Below, piece by piece: positions 1 to 10,000 of a stretch of DNA of 64,000 nt; within the stretch, counting starts at the first letter, position 1; each line of letters begins with the position of its first letter. The notes under the pieces are model-generated. The model searched no databases. It had not been told where the DNA came from and saw nothing but the letters and a program-made list of their open reading frames with translations. Source of the DNA: Thermoanaerobaculia bacterium (lineage in GTDB: Bacteria; Acidobacteriota; Thermoanaerobaculia; UBA5066; Gp7-AA6); contig DASXTI010000062.1 in NCBI GenBank assembly GCA_036505535.1, positions 124,585 through 188,584 on the forward strand, written 5' to 3'. The position numbers and the translations under genes were made by a program.

Positions 1-1306
1 CGTTCTCGGCCTCGTCATCGGCGGGGGCATCTTTCTCACGCCGACCTCCATCGCTAAAGCTCTCCCCACCGAGGGCGCCATCCTGGCGGTCTGGGTGATC
101 GGAGGGCTTCTGACGGTGTGGGGCGGATTCGTCTACGCGGAAATGGGAGCGATGCTCCCGAAAGCCGGCGGGATGTACGTCTACTTCCGGGAGGCCTTCG
201 GCGCGCTTCCCGCGTTCCTGTATGCCTGGGTCGCGTACTGGATCATCATCACGGGCGCCGACGCCGCCGTCGCGGTGGGCGCCGCCGAGTACCTCTCGGT
301 CTTCTTCCCGGCGCTCTCGACCACACGCGTCGTTCTCGTTCTCGGTCCGTTCTCGATCTCGGCGGGGCAGTTGGTCGCCGTGGCTCTGACGCTCGTCCTC
401 TCGGCGACGCACTACGTCGGCGTGCGCCAGGGGGCGCGAATCCAGGGGGTCTTCACCTCCTTGATCGTGCTCGCCCTCCTGTGGCTCGCGGTCGGGGGAC
501 TGATCGTGCGCGCGCCGCCCGCCGTCGCGCCCGCAGCCGCGATGTCTCCGCCGGTCGGAATCGCCGGGTTCGGCACGGCGATGGTCGCCGTGTTCTGGTG
601 CTTCTACGGCTGGAACGAGATCGTCGCCGTCTCGGAAGAAGTCGCTCGTCCTGCTCGGAACCTGCCGCTGGCCCTGCTCGTCGGGACGGGGCTCGTGACG
701 CTCCTCTACGTCCTGGTCAACGTCGCATTCCTCCGGGCGATCCCGGCGACGGAAATGGTCACGGTCGCTCATCCCGCCGAGGTCGCCTCGACCCGGCTCT
801 TCGGAGGCCCGGCCGCTGTCTTCGTCTCGCTCGCCGTCACCGCCGCCGCCGTGGGGTGCACGTCCGCGGGCCTCGTTCCGGCCCCCCGCATCGCCTTCGC
901 TCTGGCCAGAGACGGGCTCTTTCCGAAGGCTTTCGCGAGAACACATCCCCGCTTCCGAACGCCTTCCTTCGCGATCGTGGTCCAGGCGATCTGGATGTCG
1001 CTGCTGTGCCTGTCGGGACGGTACGATCAGCTCTACACGTATGCGACGTTCGCCGTCGTGCTGGCATACGCCGGAACGGGGATCGCGCTCTTTCTCTTCC
1101 GCCGCCGGCGGCCGGAGCTTCCCCGGCCCTACCGCTGCTGGGGCTATCCGGTCGTCCCGTTTCTGTTCGTTGTGACGTCCATCCTGCTCGCCGTGAACAC
1201 GGTGCGCGAGCAGCCTCGCGAGACGCTGGCCGGTCTGGCGATTCTGGTGCTCGGTCTGCCGTTCTACCTCTCGATGCGGCGAAGGAATCCGGAGATGGTC
1301 CGATGA
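1..1306 (+). CDS. amino acid permease (APC superfamily), 5' end cut by window edge
   Basis: Frame is open from nt 1 upstream of the ORF-track start at 95. Multi-TM hydrophobic profile with APC-like segments (GGMYVYFREAFG, FLYAWVAYWIIITG). Stop overlaps the next start (ATGA at 1303-1306). Confidence 0.8.
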   Translation, partial: VLGLVIGGGIFLTPTSIAKALPTEGAILAVWVIGGLLTVWGGFVYAEMGAMLPKAGGMYVYFREAFGALPAFLYAWVAYWIIITGADAAVAVGAAEYLSVFFPALSTTRVVLVLGPFSISAGQLVAVALTLVLSATHYVGVRQGARIQGVFTSLIVLALLWLAVGGLIVRAPPAVAPAAAMSPPVGIAGFGTAMVAVFWCFYGWNEIVAVSEEVARPARNLPLALLVGTGLVTLLYVLVNVAFLRAIPATEMVTVAHPAEVASTRLFGGPAAVFVSLAVTAAAVGCTSAGLVPAPRIAFALARDGLFPKAFARTHPRFRTPSFAIVVQAIWMSLLCLSGRYDQLYTYATFAVVLAYAGTGIALFLFRRRRPELPRPYRCWGYPVVPFLFVVTSILLAVNTVREQPRETLAGLAILVLGLPFYLSMRRRNPEMVR

Positions 1307-3474
1307 GGGTCTTCCCGATCGCCCTTGCCCTCCTTTTCGTCGCCGGGCCACCGATCCCGGAGGCGAAGGGGCCGCTGACCGGCTTCACGCCGCAGCGCAC
1401 GGCATGGGAGAGGCAGTACGAAGAGAAGCTCCTTGCGATCCCGCAACCTCAGGAGTGCGGCGAGATCCTCCGAGAGCTGACGAAGACCCCGCACTTGGCT
1501 GGAACCGAGGGCAACGCGCGCGTCGCCGACTTCCTCGCCGAGGAGTATCGGAAGGCCGGCTTCGAGGTTCGCACACCGGCGTATGATGTCCTGCTCTCTT
1601 ATCCCCGCGCCGCCAGGATCGAGATCGTCGGCGAGCCGAACGTGCGCCTCGGCCGCGGCGAACCGCCGATCGACTCGGATCCCGATACCTCGACTCCGGA
1701 GGCCGCGATTCCCTGGAATGCCTACGCTCCGTCGGCGGAGGTCGTCGGCGAGGTCGTCTACGTCAATCGAGGGGCCGCCGAGGATTACGACCGTCTCGCG
1801 AAGATGGGGCTGGACGTCCGCGGCAAGATTGCGCTGGCGCGGTATTACGGCGGTTATCGCGGGGGCAAGTCGCTCGAGGCCGAGAAGCGAGGCGTCCTGG
1901 CCGTTCTGGTCTATTCCGATCCTATCGACGACGGATGGTTCAAGGGACGCGTCTATCCGGACGGTCCCTGGGGGCCTGCCTCCCATTTCCAGCGCGGCGC
2001 GAACGTTTACGATTTCATCGTACCGGGCGATCCGTTGACACCCGGCTGGGCCTCGACGGCGGGAGCAGAGCGGATCTCCATCGCGGACTCCGAGATTCTG
2101 CCGAAGATGCCGATGATGCCTTTGTCGGGCGCCGACGCGGCCGAGATTCTCAAGCGGCTCGGAGGCGCCGCCGTCCCGGAGGAGTCCTGGCAGGGGGTCG
2201 CATCGAGCGACACCTATCGCGTCGGGCCGGGACCCGTGCGCCTTCATCTGAAGATCGACAACAGCCGCGAGATACGCACCATCCGCAACGTCGTCGCCAC
2301 GCTGCGGGGCACCGACGAGCCCGAGAAGAAGGTCCTGCTTTCGAATCACTACGACGCCTGGGTCTACGGCGCCGTGGATCCCTCCTCGGGAACGGCGGCG
2401 ATGCTCGCGCTCGCGCGGGCGCTCGGGCGGCTGGCCCGCGAAGGATGGAGGCCGCGCCGGACCATCGTGATGGCGGCCTGGGACGCCGAGGAGTACACCC
2501 TGACCGGGTCGACGGAATGGGGGGAAGAGAACGAGACGGATCTTCGGCGAAACGCGGTCATTTGCATCAACGTCGACGAGGCGACGCACGGGCGACAGTT
2601 TTCCCCCTCCGCCTCCCCGCTGCTCTTCACGGCGATCCGGGAGGCGGCGCGAGACCTGGCCGATCCCGAAAAGGCGGGCCGGAGCCTGGCGGACGCGTGG
2701 CGAGAAAACGCCGGGTTCATCGGCGTCCAGAGCTACGCGACGGCTTCCGGCGGACACGAGGAGCTGCCCGTCGCCATCCTGGGGAGCGGCTCGGACTACA
2801 CGGTCTTCTTCAACCGCCTCGGGGTCTCATCGGCGGATCTGGTCTTCGACGGACCTTACGGCGTCTATCACTCCGCGTACGACACCTACACCTGGATGGC
2901 GACGCAGGGAGACCCCGGCTTCCGCTATCACGCGACGATGGCGCGCGTTGCTGGACTTCTCGCCCTGCGTTTCGCCAACGCCGACACGCTCCCCTTCGAT
3001 GCACCCGCATACGGCCGCGAGATCGCCCGATACGTCGAGGAGCTCCGCTCGGTGCCGGCTGCGGCGCCAACCCTGATACCGCGCTTAGAAGGTCTGGCCG
3101 CGCGCGCGCGGTCCTGGAGCACCGCCGCCGAAGCGGCGCAGGGCTCGATTTCCGCGAGAGTGAGGTCGGGCACCGCGGACGCCGCGTTCCTCGCCTCCGC
3201 CAACGGCTGGCTTCTGTCGCTGGAGCGGTCCGTCTGCGACGGCGCGGGGCTGCCGGGCCGCCCCTGGTTCCGGCACCTGATCTATGCGCCTCTCCCTTCC
3301 TATCGGGCCGAGACCCTCCCGGCGATTCGCGAGGCGCTCATGGCCGGCTCCATCCCGATCGCCGAGCGGCAGGTCGAGCGCTTGGGGGAAAGGTTGGACG
3401 CGGCAGTCGCGGCGGCGCGAAGGATCAGCGGCGTGCCCCCGCCCCGGCCACGTCCGACACCACGGCGTAGGTGA
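1303..3474 (+). CDS. M28-family zinc peptidase with PA and transferrin-receptor-like dimerisation domains (glutamate carboxypeptidase II-like), secreted
   Basis: Signal peptide MRVFPIALALLFVAG. M28 metal-ligand contexts (NHYDAW, WDAEEYTLTGSTEW, NVDE, GSGSDYTVF, YHSAYDT). C-terminal TfR-like helical domain (WFRHLIYAP). The first ~395 codons of track ORF 118..3474 are an Arg-rich out-of-frame shadow of the permease; the real gene starts at ATG 1303. Confidence 0.85.
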   Translation: MRVFPIALALLFVAGPPIPEAKGPLTGFTPQRTAWERQYEEKLLAIPQPQECGEILRELTKTPHLAGTEGNARVADFLAEEYRKAGFEVRTPAYDVLLSYPRAARIEIVGEPNVRLGRGEPPIDSDPDTSTPEAAIPWNAYAPSAEVVGEVVYVNRGAAEDYDRLAKMGLDVRGKIALARYYGGYRGGKSLEAEKRGVLAVLVYSDPIDDGWFKGRVYPDGPWGPASHFQRGANVYDFIVPGDPLTPGWASTAGAERISIADSEILPKMPMMPLSGADAAEILKRLGGAAVPEESWQGVASSDTYRVGPGPVRLHLKIDNSREIRTIRNVVATLRGTDEPEKKVLLSNHYDAWVYGAVDPSSGTAAMLALARALGRLAREGWRPRRTIVMAAWDAEEYTLTGSTEWGEENETDLRRNAVICINVDEATHGRQFSPSASPLLFTAIREAARDLADPEKAGRSLADAWRENAGFIGVQSYATASGGHEELPVAILGSGSDYTVFFNRLGVSSADLVFDGPYGVYHSAYDTYTWMATQGDPGFRYHATMARVAGLLALRFANADTLPFDAPAYGREIARYVEELRSVPAAAPTLIPRLEGLAARARSWSTAAEAAQGSISARVRSGTADAAFLASANGWLLSLERSVCDGAGLPGRPWFRHLIYAPLPSYRAETLPAIREALMAGSIPIAERQVERLGERLDAAVAAARRISGVPPPRPRPTPRRR

Positions 3475-4831
3475 CCTCGAGGCCGAAGCGGACATTCTCG
3501 AGGGAGACGCGCTCGTCGTCGCCATGGCTGCGGTCCTCTTCATCCGAGAGGTGGAACGGCTCGAAGCCGTAGACGACCATTCCGATCTGCCGCAGCCGTG
3601 TCGCGTCGGTCGACGAGGTCAGCGGCGGAGTGAGCACGGGCACTCCCGGCTCGAATTGGTCGCGTGCCTTGACGATAGCGCGGAACAGATCCGTGTCGAT
3701 CGAAGACTCGGTCGCCTTCTCGACGCTTCCCTGCAGCTCGAAATGGACCGACGGGTCGTCGACGACCCTCTGGAGTCGCGCCACGAATTCGTCGGGATCG
3801 TCGCCCGGCAATAGGCGGCAGTCGAGGGCGGCGGAGGCCTCGGCCGGGACGACGTTGATCTTGTCGCTCCCCTTCAAGCCGGTCACGGAGATCGTGGCTC
3901 GAAGGCATGCGTTGCGGAAGGGATCGTCGAGGAGAACTCGGCGTCTCTCCGGTTCTCGGAGCGCGGTGTCCGGGTCCTCCAGCGCCGTTCGGAGCGGCTC
4001 CCTCTCGGTCTTCGCGAGCTCCTGGAAGTAGTTTCGAACTGCCGGAATCAGTCGCACGGGCGTTTGGTAGTCGAGGATGCGGGAGAGGGCGCGAACCAAC
4101 CGCGGGACGGCCCCTGCCGACTCCGGAATCGAGGCATGGCCGGCTCTGCCGGTCGCAACCAGGTGGAGCCAGAGGGCCGACTTCTCCGTCACGTCGACGT
4201 CCCAGGAGACGGTTCTCCCGTTCTCGACGAAGAGCGTGTTTCCCTCGGTCAGGACGAACTCGGCGTCCCGCAAATCCCCACGGTACTGCTCGACCATGGC
4301 CTTCACGCCGTTGTCCTCCCCCTCCTCTTCGTCGGCTGTACCGAGGAAGATGACGTCGCGCTCCAACGGGACGGCGCGCCTCTTCAAGAGCAGGATCGTG
4401 ACGAGCTGGCAGATCGCCGTTCCTTTCATGTCGGTGGCGCCGCGGCCCCAGACGTATCGGTCGCGGATCTCCCCCGAAAACGGCGGCACCGTCCATCGGG
4501 CCGGCTCGGCGGGCACGACATCCATGTGGTTCAAGAGAATGAGCGGCCGTTTCGCGCCGCTACCCGGCAATCGGGCGAGAATGTTGGCGCGTCCCCTTCC
4601 GAGGTCGTAGATTCGGTTTTCGATTCCTTCCTTTTCGAAAATGTCATGAAAGAAATCGGCGGCGAGGCGCTCCCGGCCGGGAGGATTCGTCGTGTCGATG
4701 CGAAGGTAGGCCTGCAGAAGACCGATCGCCTCTCTCTCGGCGGCGTCGAAGTCGGGCTTTCGGGAGGGGGAGGCAGAAACCGTCAGCGCGATGGCCAGAA
4801 TCGGGAGAAGCCGGTGATGGCGCGTCTTCAT
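3425..4831 (-). CDS. M20-family metallopeptidase (ArgE/DapE/CPG2-like), secreted
   Basis: Signal peptide MKTRHHRLLPILAIALTVSA. M20 motifs LLNHMDVVP, GRGATDMKG, GTADEEEGE. SD GGAGGTG 6 nt upstream of ATG 4831. 3' end overlaps the convergent M28 gene by 50 nt. Confidence 0.8.
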   Translation of the reverse strand: MKTRHHRLLPILAIALTVSASPSRKPDFDAAEREAIGLLQAYLRIDTTNPPGRERLAADFFHDIFEKEGIENRIYDLGRGRANILARLPGSGAKRPLILLNHMDVVPAEPARWTVPPFSGEIRDRYVWGRGATDMKGTAICQLVTILLLKRRAVPLERDVIFLGTADEEEGEDNGVKAMVEQYRGDLRDAEFVLTEGNTLFVENGRTVSWDVDVTEKSALWLHLVATGRAGHASIPESAGAVPRLVRALSRILDYQTPVRLIPAVRNYFQELAKTEREPLRTALEDPDTALREPERRRVLLDDPFRNACLRATISVTGLKGSDKINVVPAEASAALDCRLLPGDDPDEFVARLQRVVDDPSVHFELQGSVEKATESSIDTDLFRAIVKARDQFEPGVPVLTPPLTSSTDATRLRQIGMVVYGFEPFHLSDEEDRSHGDDERVSLENVRFGLEVTYAVVSDVAGAGARR

Positions 4832-4854
4832 GGTCTCACCTCCGTCTCCCGGCC

Positions 4855-4880
4855 GATATATAAGCATTTACTTATATATC
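4855..4880. repeat. AT-rich perfect palindrome GATATATAAG-cattta-CTTATATATC (copy 1 of 3)
   Basis: 10-bp perfect inverted arms with 6-nt spacer in a 70% GC background. Lies 24-50 nt upstream of the M20 peptidase start, downstream of the SLT gene stop. Confidence 0.8.
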
Positions 4881-4925
4881 ATCGGCGGCCGGGGCCTGTC
4901 GATTCTCGCACCGTGGCAGGGAGGC

Positions 4926-5666
4926 TTACGGGCGGGCGCCGGCGGCCACCGCCGACTCGCCCACCGGCGCCGCCTTCTCGGGAGGGGACGGGCGCCACCA
5001 GGCCATGATCCGGTTCACGTAGGAAACCGTCTCCCGGTAGGGAGGGACGCCGCCGTATGCCTCGACCGCCTGCTCGCCCGCGTTGTACGCGGCGAGGACC
5101 AGCTCGGGGTGAGGGCCGAAGCGCTCGACGAGCTCGCGGAGATACTGGACGCCGCCGCGCACGTTCGACGCCGGGTCGAAGAGTCTTCGTACGGACAAGC
5201 GCCGGGCCGTCGCGGGCATCAACTGCATGAGGCCGCGGGCGCCCTTGCGGGACACGGCGTGAGTTTCATAGTTCGACTCGGCCCGGACCAGCGCCGAGAC
5301 GAGGGAGGCATCGAGGTTCTGCTTCTTCGCCTCTCGGTCGATCAAGTCGTCGTAGGGAGACCCGAAAAGGGGTCGTCGCTCGGCCTGATACGAGAGGTCG
5401 TAGGCCGTCGTGAGCCGGGCGGGATCCTCCTGCACGATCACGGCCTCCAGGACGACCTCGTCGTCCACGATACGGTCCACACGAGAAAGGTCGACCCGGT
5501 AACTGCCGCCGCCCGGGAGGCTGATCTCGAGCTCCTCCGCGAGGAGGCGGTAACCGGCGGCCTTCACGACGCGGCCGTCTTCGAAAACGATGAGCTCCGC
5601 ATGGGCCGCGCGAACGCCGAGCGCGCCGGCGACGGCGAGGCTGGCGAGGAGGGAAAAACGGCGCAT
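4926..5666 (-). CDS. lytic transglycosylase, SLT domain, secreted
   Basis: Signal peptide MRRFSLLASLAVAGALGVRAAHA. SLT catalytic region (RAESNYETHAVSRKGARGLMQLMP, AAYNAG). Start chosen at Met138 of the track ORF, because the upstream part is Arg/Pro-rich shadow. Confidence 0.75.
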   Translation of the reverse strand: MRRFSLLASLAVAGALGVRAAHAELIVFEDGRVVKAAGYRLLAEELEISLPGGGSYRVDLSRVDRIVDDEVVLEAVIVQEDPARLTTAYDLSYQAERRPLFGSPYDDLIDREAKKQNLDASLVSALVRAESNYETHAVSRKGARGLMQLMPATARRLSVRRLFDPASNVRGGVQYLRELVERFGPHPELVLAAYNAGEQAVEAYGGVPPYRETVSYVNRIMAWWRPSPPEKAAPVGESAVAAGARP

Positions 5667-5716
5667 GCGAGAGGGCAAATCTACCGTTGCCGGCGCGCAT
5701 TCCGCCGCTCGAGGGT

Positions 5717-6667
5717 TCACTTCTCTATTTTCCCACGGCCGGGCCGGCGCGCGCGGGGGTGAAATTGGTCGTAGACCTTCCGGAGCCGGGATCGGGAGAC
5801 CTGGGTATAGACCTGAGTGGTCGAGATATCGGCGTGACCGAGCATCATCTGGAGCGCTCTCAGGTCCGCCCCGTGCTCGAGCAGGTGCGTCGCGAAGGAG
5901 TGGCGTAAGGCATGCGGCGTGAGAGGCTTCCGGATGCCGGCGGCGCGGCCGTACCCCTGGATGAGCTGCCAGAAGCGCTGGCGGGTCATCGCGGCCCCCC
6001 GGACGGAGAGAAAGAGGTGAGGCGCCCGCTTCGAGTCGAACCGCGGCCGGGCGGAGTCGAGATACCGCACGAGCCACCGCGCGGCCGAAGAGCCGAACGG
6101 AACGAGACGCTCCTTTCCCCCCTTCCCCTTCACGCGCAGGATGCCGGCCTCCAGATCCACCGCGTCGCGCGGCAGACCGACGATCTCCGATACTCGCAGT
6201 CCCGAGGCGTAGAGCAACTCCAGCATCGCGCGGTCGCGCAGGCCCAGAGGTTGAGTCGTGTCGGGAGCCTCCAGCAGGGCCTCCACCTCCCGCTCGCCGA
6301 GGCTCTTCGGCAGGGAGAGCCCGACCTTGGGATTGGCGATCTCGGCGGTCGGATCCTCGGAGAAGTTGAGGTGCGCCGCCGCGAAGCCATAGAAGCCCCG
6401 AACGGCGGATAAGGCCCGCGCGGCCGATCGCGAGGACAGCCCCCGCCCTCGCAGGGTTGTCATGTAGCGTCCGAGCTCGCCACGCCCGACGCGCGCCGCG
6501 TCGAGACGTCGCTCCGCGAGAAACCGGCCGAACGCCTCGAGATCGCTCCGGTATGCCGCGACACTCGCGCGCGCGAGCCCGCGCTCGACGGCCAAGTGAT
6601 CCAGGTACGTCGGGAGCTCTCGCCGCAGGAACTCGCTGTCGGCACCGGCCTTCCTCCAGACTGTCAC
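5717..6667 (-). CDS. tyrosine site-specific recombinase XerC/XerD family
   Basis: N-terminal SAM-like domain (LPTYLDHLAVERGLARASVAAYRSDL). Catalytic R..HxxR..Y block (LRHSFATHLLEHGADLRALQMMLGHADISTTQVYTQV). Start is uncertain: GTG at 6667 chosen to avoid overlap with the divergent DUF4242 gene. Confidence 0.75.
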   Translation of the reverse strand: MTVWRKAGADSEFLRRELPTYLDHLAVERGLARASVAAYRSDLEAFGRFLAERRLDAARVGRGELGRYMTTLRGRGLSSRSAARALSAVRGFYGFAAAHLNFSEDPTAEIANPKVGLSLPKSLGEREVEALLEAPDTTQPLGLRDRAMLELLYASGLRVSEIVGLPRDAVDLEAGILRVKGKGGKERLVPFGSSAARWLVRYLDSARPRFDSKRAPHLFLSVRGAAMTRQRFWQLIQGYGRAAGIRKPLTPHALRHSFATHLLEHGADLRALQMMLGHADISTTQVYTQVSRSRLRKVYDQFHPRARRPGRGKIEK

Positions 6668-6740
6668 GTTCCGGCCCGACGACTTTTGCAATGCGCCGTC
6701 CGCTTCCGTGCTAGAGTTCTCGCCCATCGGAGGAGAGCAG

Positions 6741-7013
6741 GTGCCCCGATTCGTCATCGAGCGCGACGTCGCGAACGTCGGCGACCTTTCCAACGCAGAA
6801 TTGGAAGCGATCTCTCGAAAATCGCTCGACGTCCTCAAGGAGATGGGACCCGCAATCCAGTGGCTTCACAGTTACGTCATCGACGACAAGATTTACTGCG
6901 TGTACATGGCCCCGGACGAAAACACCCTTCGCGAACACGCTAAGCGCGCAGGCATCCCCGCCAACCGGGTGTCCGCGGTCCGCCACATGCTCGATCCGAC
7001 GAACTACCAATAA
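6741..7013 (+). CDS. DUF4242-family small protein
   Basis: Matches the DUF4242 pattern (PRFVIERDV..G.S..ELEAI..KSLDVL..MG..IQWLHSYV.DDKIYCVYMAP.E..LREHAKRAGIPANRV). GGAGGAG SD 5 nt before GTG 6741. The antisense ORF 6711..7010 is judged a shadow. Confidence 0.6.
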   Translation: MPRFVIERDVANVGDLSNAELEAISRKSLDVLKEMGPAIQWLHSYVIDDKIYCVYMAPDENTLREHAKRAGIPANRVSAVRHMLDPTNYQ

Positions 7014-7022
7014 GGCCGGCTT

Positions 7023-10000
7023 TCAGCAAGAGGAATCCTCTTCCGCTCTGAGCGCCGACTCGATCGCCCGCTCCGGGGGCATGCTCCATCCATCGAGCCA
7101 CGCCGCGGACGCCGTCTCGTGCGGGAGCGCCCGCCGCGCCGGATCGAGGCTCGTCTCGAGCCTCGCCTGTTCGGTCGGCGGGAGGGGGGCGCCGATCGCC
7201 TGGCGGAGAGCCGCCGCGGCGCCCGCCAGACGCAGAGCGCGCGCCGGCTTACCCTGGGCGGCGGCCGAGCCGGCGAATCCCTCGAGCGCTCGGGCCACGC
7301 CTCGGTTCTGGTCGAGCTCCTGGAAGAGCCGGAGGCTCTCGCTGTAGGAGTGGGCGGCACCCGCATGGTTCCCCTCGTCGCGCGCCAGGTTTCCGAGGTC
7401 GGTGAGCGTGCCCGCCTCGCCCCAGACATCTCCGATCGCCCGGAAAGCGCCGAGACTCTCCTCGTAGAGAGCGCGCGCGCCCCCGAAATCGGACCGGTCG
7501 CGGGCGACGTCTCCCAGATGGTTCAACGACGCGGCCACCCCGCGGCGGTCTCCCAACTGGCGTGAGATCTCGAGGCTTTGCCGGTGGAGGGACTCCGCCT
7601 CGGTGAGGTTGCCCTCTCCCCTCGCCACGTTCGCCAGATTGGCGTAGGCGAACGCCACGGCCTCCCTGTTTCCGAGCTCCTGCCAGACGCCCAGGCTCTC
7701 CTCCAGGAACGAGCGGGCCGCTCCGTACTCCCTTTTGCGATAAGCCTGGACGCCGAGGCTGTTCAAGCTCGTCGCGACGGCCCAACGATTCTCGAGTTCG
7801 CGGGCGATCTCGAGGTGCTCCGTAAAAAGCGAGCGCGATGCGGCCCAGTCGCTCTGATTCTCGGCCAGAACCCCCGCGCCGAAGACGACCTTGGCGCGCA
7901 GCTCCCGCAGCGAAGTGCCTGCCGCCATCCGCAGAAGGCCTTGGAGCCACTGGCGCCCTTCGGTCGAATGCTCCCGAAGCTCCCAGAAGCGCCATAGCGC
8001 ACCTCCGAGGCGCAGTCCCCAGTCGGCGTTCCCGCTCTCAATCAGCCAGTGGAGCGCGGTTCGGAAGTTGTTCTGCTCCGCCTCGAACCGTCGGATCCAG
8101 GCGTCCCGCTCTCCGGAAGCGAGCTTCGCGTCCCCCTCCTCGGCGAGAACGACGCAGTAGGCGGCATGGGCCCGCCGCGTGGATTCTTCGTCCCCGCTCT
8201 CCGCAAGCCGCTCTAAGGCGTACTCGCGGATCGTCTCCAGCATCTGGAAGCGCCATTCGTCCCCGGAGCCGTGCTGTTGGAGCAGACTCTTGTCCACGAG
8301 CGACGCGACGACGTCGAGAACGTCGAGGGGAAGATCCTCTCGCGCGTTGGCGACCGCCTCCGCAGCCTCCAGCGTGAAGCCGCCGGCGAAGACGGCGAGC
8401 CGCCGGAAGAGCGTCCGCTCGGCACTTCCGAGAAGGTTCTCGCTCCATTCGATCGCGCCGCGCAGCGTCTGCTGGCGCGCCGGGAGGTCTCGCGATCCGC
8501 CCGTCAGTAGCCGCAGACGATGCTCCAGCCGCAGAAGTATCTCCCCGGGGGGCAGCATCTTGATTCGGGCGGCGGCCAGCTCCAGTGCCAGCGGGAGGCC
8601 GTCCAGCCGCACGCAGATCTCGGCAACGGCCCTCGCGTTCTCGCGCGTCAACGCAAAATCGGGCCGGACCGCGGCCGCACGCTCCAGGAAGAGCGCGACG
8701 GACGGACACCGAGTCAGCCGTTCCGGGTCGGATGACCCGAACGCATCGGGTAGGGCAAGGGGAGGAACCGGAAACTCGTGCTCACCATAGACGTGAATGG
8801 CCGACCGGCTCGTCGCGAGCAGTTTCATGTTTTGCGTCGAGGCGAGCAGCTCCGCGAGGGCCGCCGAACCTCCGGAGAGGTGCTCCAAATTGTCGAGCAG
8901 CACGAGCAGCGGCGCCCTCACGGCGTCGGCGAAGTGCCGCCGAAGAGCTTCCAGAGGAGACTCGCCGGTGGTCTCCCGAATGCCCAGGGCCTGGGCGACG
9001 CAGCCCGGGATCTGCCTCGCGTCGCCGATCGCGGCCAGCGGGACGAAGAAGGCGCCGCCGGCAAAGTGAGCCGCCGTGTCCCGAGCGACCTGGATCGCCA
9101 GCCGGCTCTTGCCTACTCCGGCCGGCCCGGTCAAAGTCACCAGGCGCACTCCCTCGCGCAGGAGAAGCTCCCCCGCCGCCACGGCTTCGCCGGACCGCCC
9201 GATCAAGGGGGTCCGCGGCTCCGGCAGGTTCGATCGAGGCTCGACGATCGCGCGAGGCCGATCGGTCAGGCGGTCCCGAACCGCCGCGAGATCGCGCGCG
9301 AGATCGCGGCTGGAGGCATACCGCTCCCCGGGATCCTTCGCGAGGCAACGCTGGATGACCCACTGCAGAGGGGCCGGCGTTTCGGGGGCGTACTGGCCAA
9401 TCGGCTCCGGTTCGTCCCGAATGATCGCGGAAAGCGTCTCCACCGCGGTATCGCGCTGGAACGCGCGGCGCCCGGTGGCCATCTCGTAGAGGATCGCGCC
9501 GAGCGCGAATTGATCGGACCGAAAGTCTACCTCGCGTCCCGTCGCCTGCTCGGGCGACATGTAGCTGACCGTGCCGAGGATCGTTCCCGGAGTGGTCTCG
9601 CGCGTCAAGGTGACGATCTGGGAAGGACCCCCGGAGAACGGAGCGAGCTTCGCGAGTCCAAAGTCGAGAATCTTGACGGCGCCGTCCCGTGTCAGCATGA
9701 GGTTGTCGGGCTTCAAGTCCCGATGAACGATGCCGACCTCGTGGGCGCGGGCCAATCCGTCCCCGATTTGACTCGCGATCGAGAGGAGCCTGCGACCTCC
9801 CAGCGGCCCGGCGGCGAGCACCTCGGAGAGCGTCGGGCCCTCGACCAGCTCCATGGCGATGTAGCCGGGCGCTTCGCTCAACTCGACGTCATAGATGGAA
9901 ACGATGTTGGGGTGACTCAGAGAGGATGCCGCGCGCGCCTCGTTGGTGAAGCGGCGAAGCCTCTCGCTGTCGCAAGCAGGATCGCCCGCCAGCACTTTCA

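Noticed and set aside
118-1302. N-terminal 395 codons of the 1118-aa track ORF 118..3474
   Set aside because: Arg/Gly-rich low-complexity translation that is an alternative frame of the permease gene. The real M28 peptidase begins at ATG 1303 with a signal peptide.
1264-2757. 497-aa minus-strand ORF antisense to the M28 peptidase, plus other Arg-rich ORFs (1583..2038, 1935..3470, 3540..4496)
   Set aside because: Composition typical of GC-bias shadow ORFs (RRRR, PGR runs). No motifs. Overlaps well-supported genes.
5717-6667. XerC/D recombinase as phage/ICE integrase marking a mobile element
   Set aside because: Protein has the short chromosomal Xer architecture. No flanking direct repeats, tRNA, or phage/conjugation genes seen. 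Kept only as a low-weight possibility in a finding.
6711-7010. 99-aa minus-strand ORF antisense to the DUF4242 gene
   Set aside because: The plus-strand translation matches the DUF4242 family pattern and has a GGAGGAG SD. The antisense ORF has no features.
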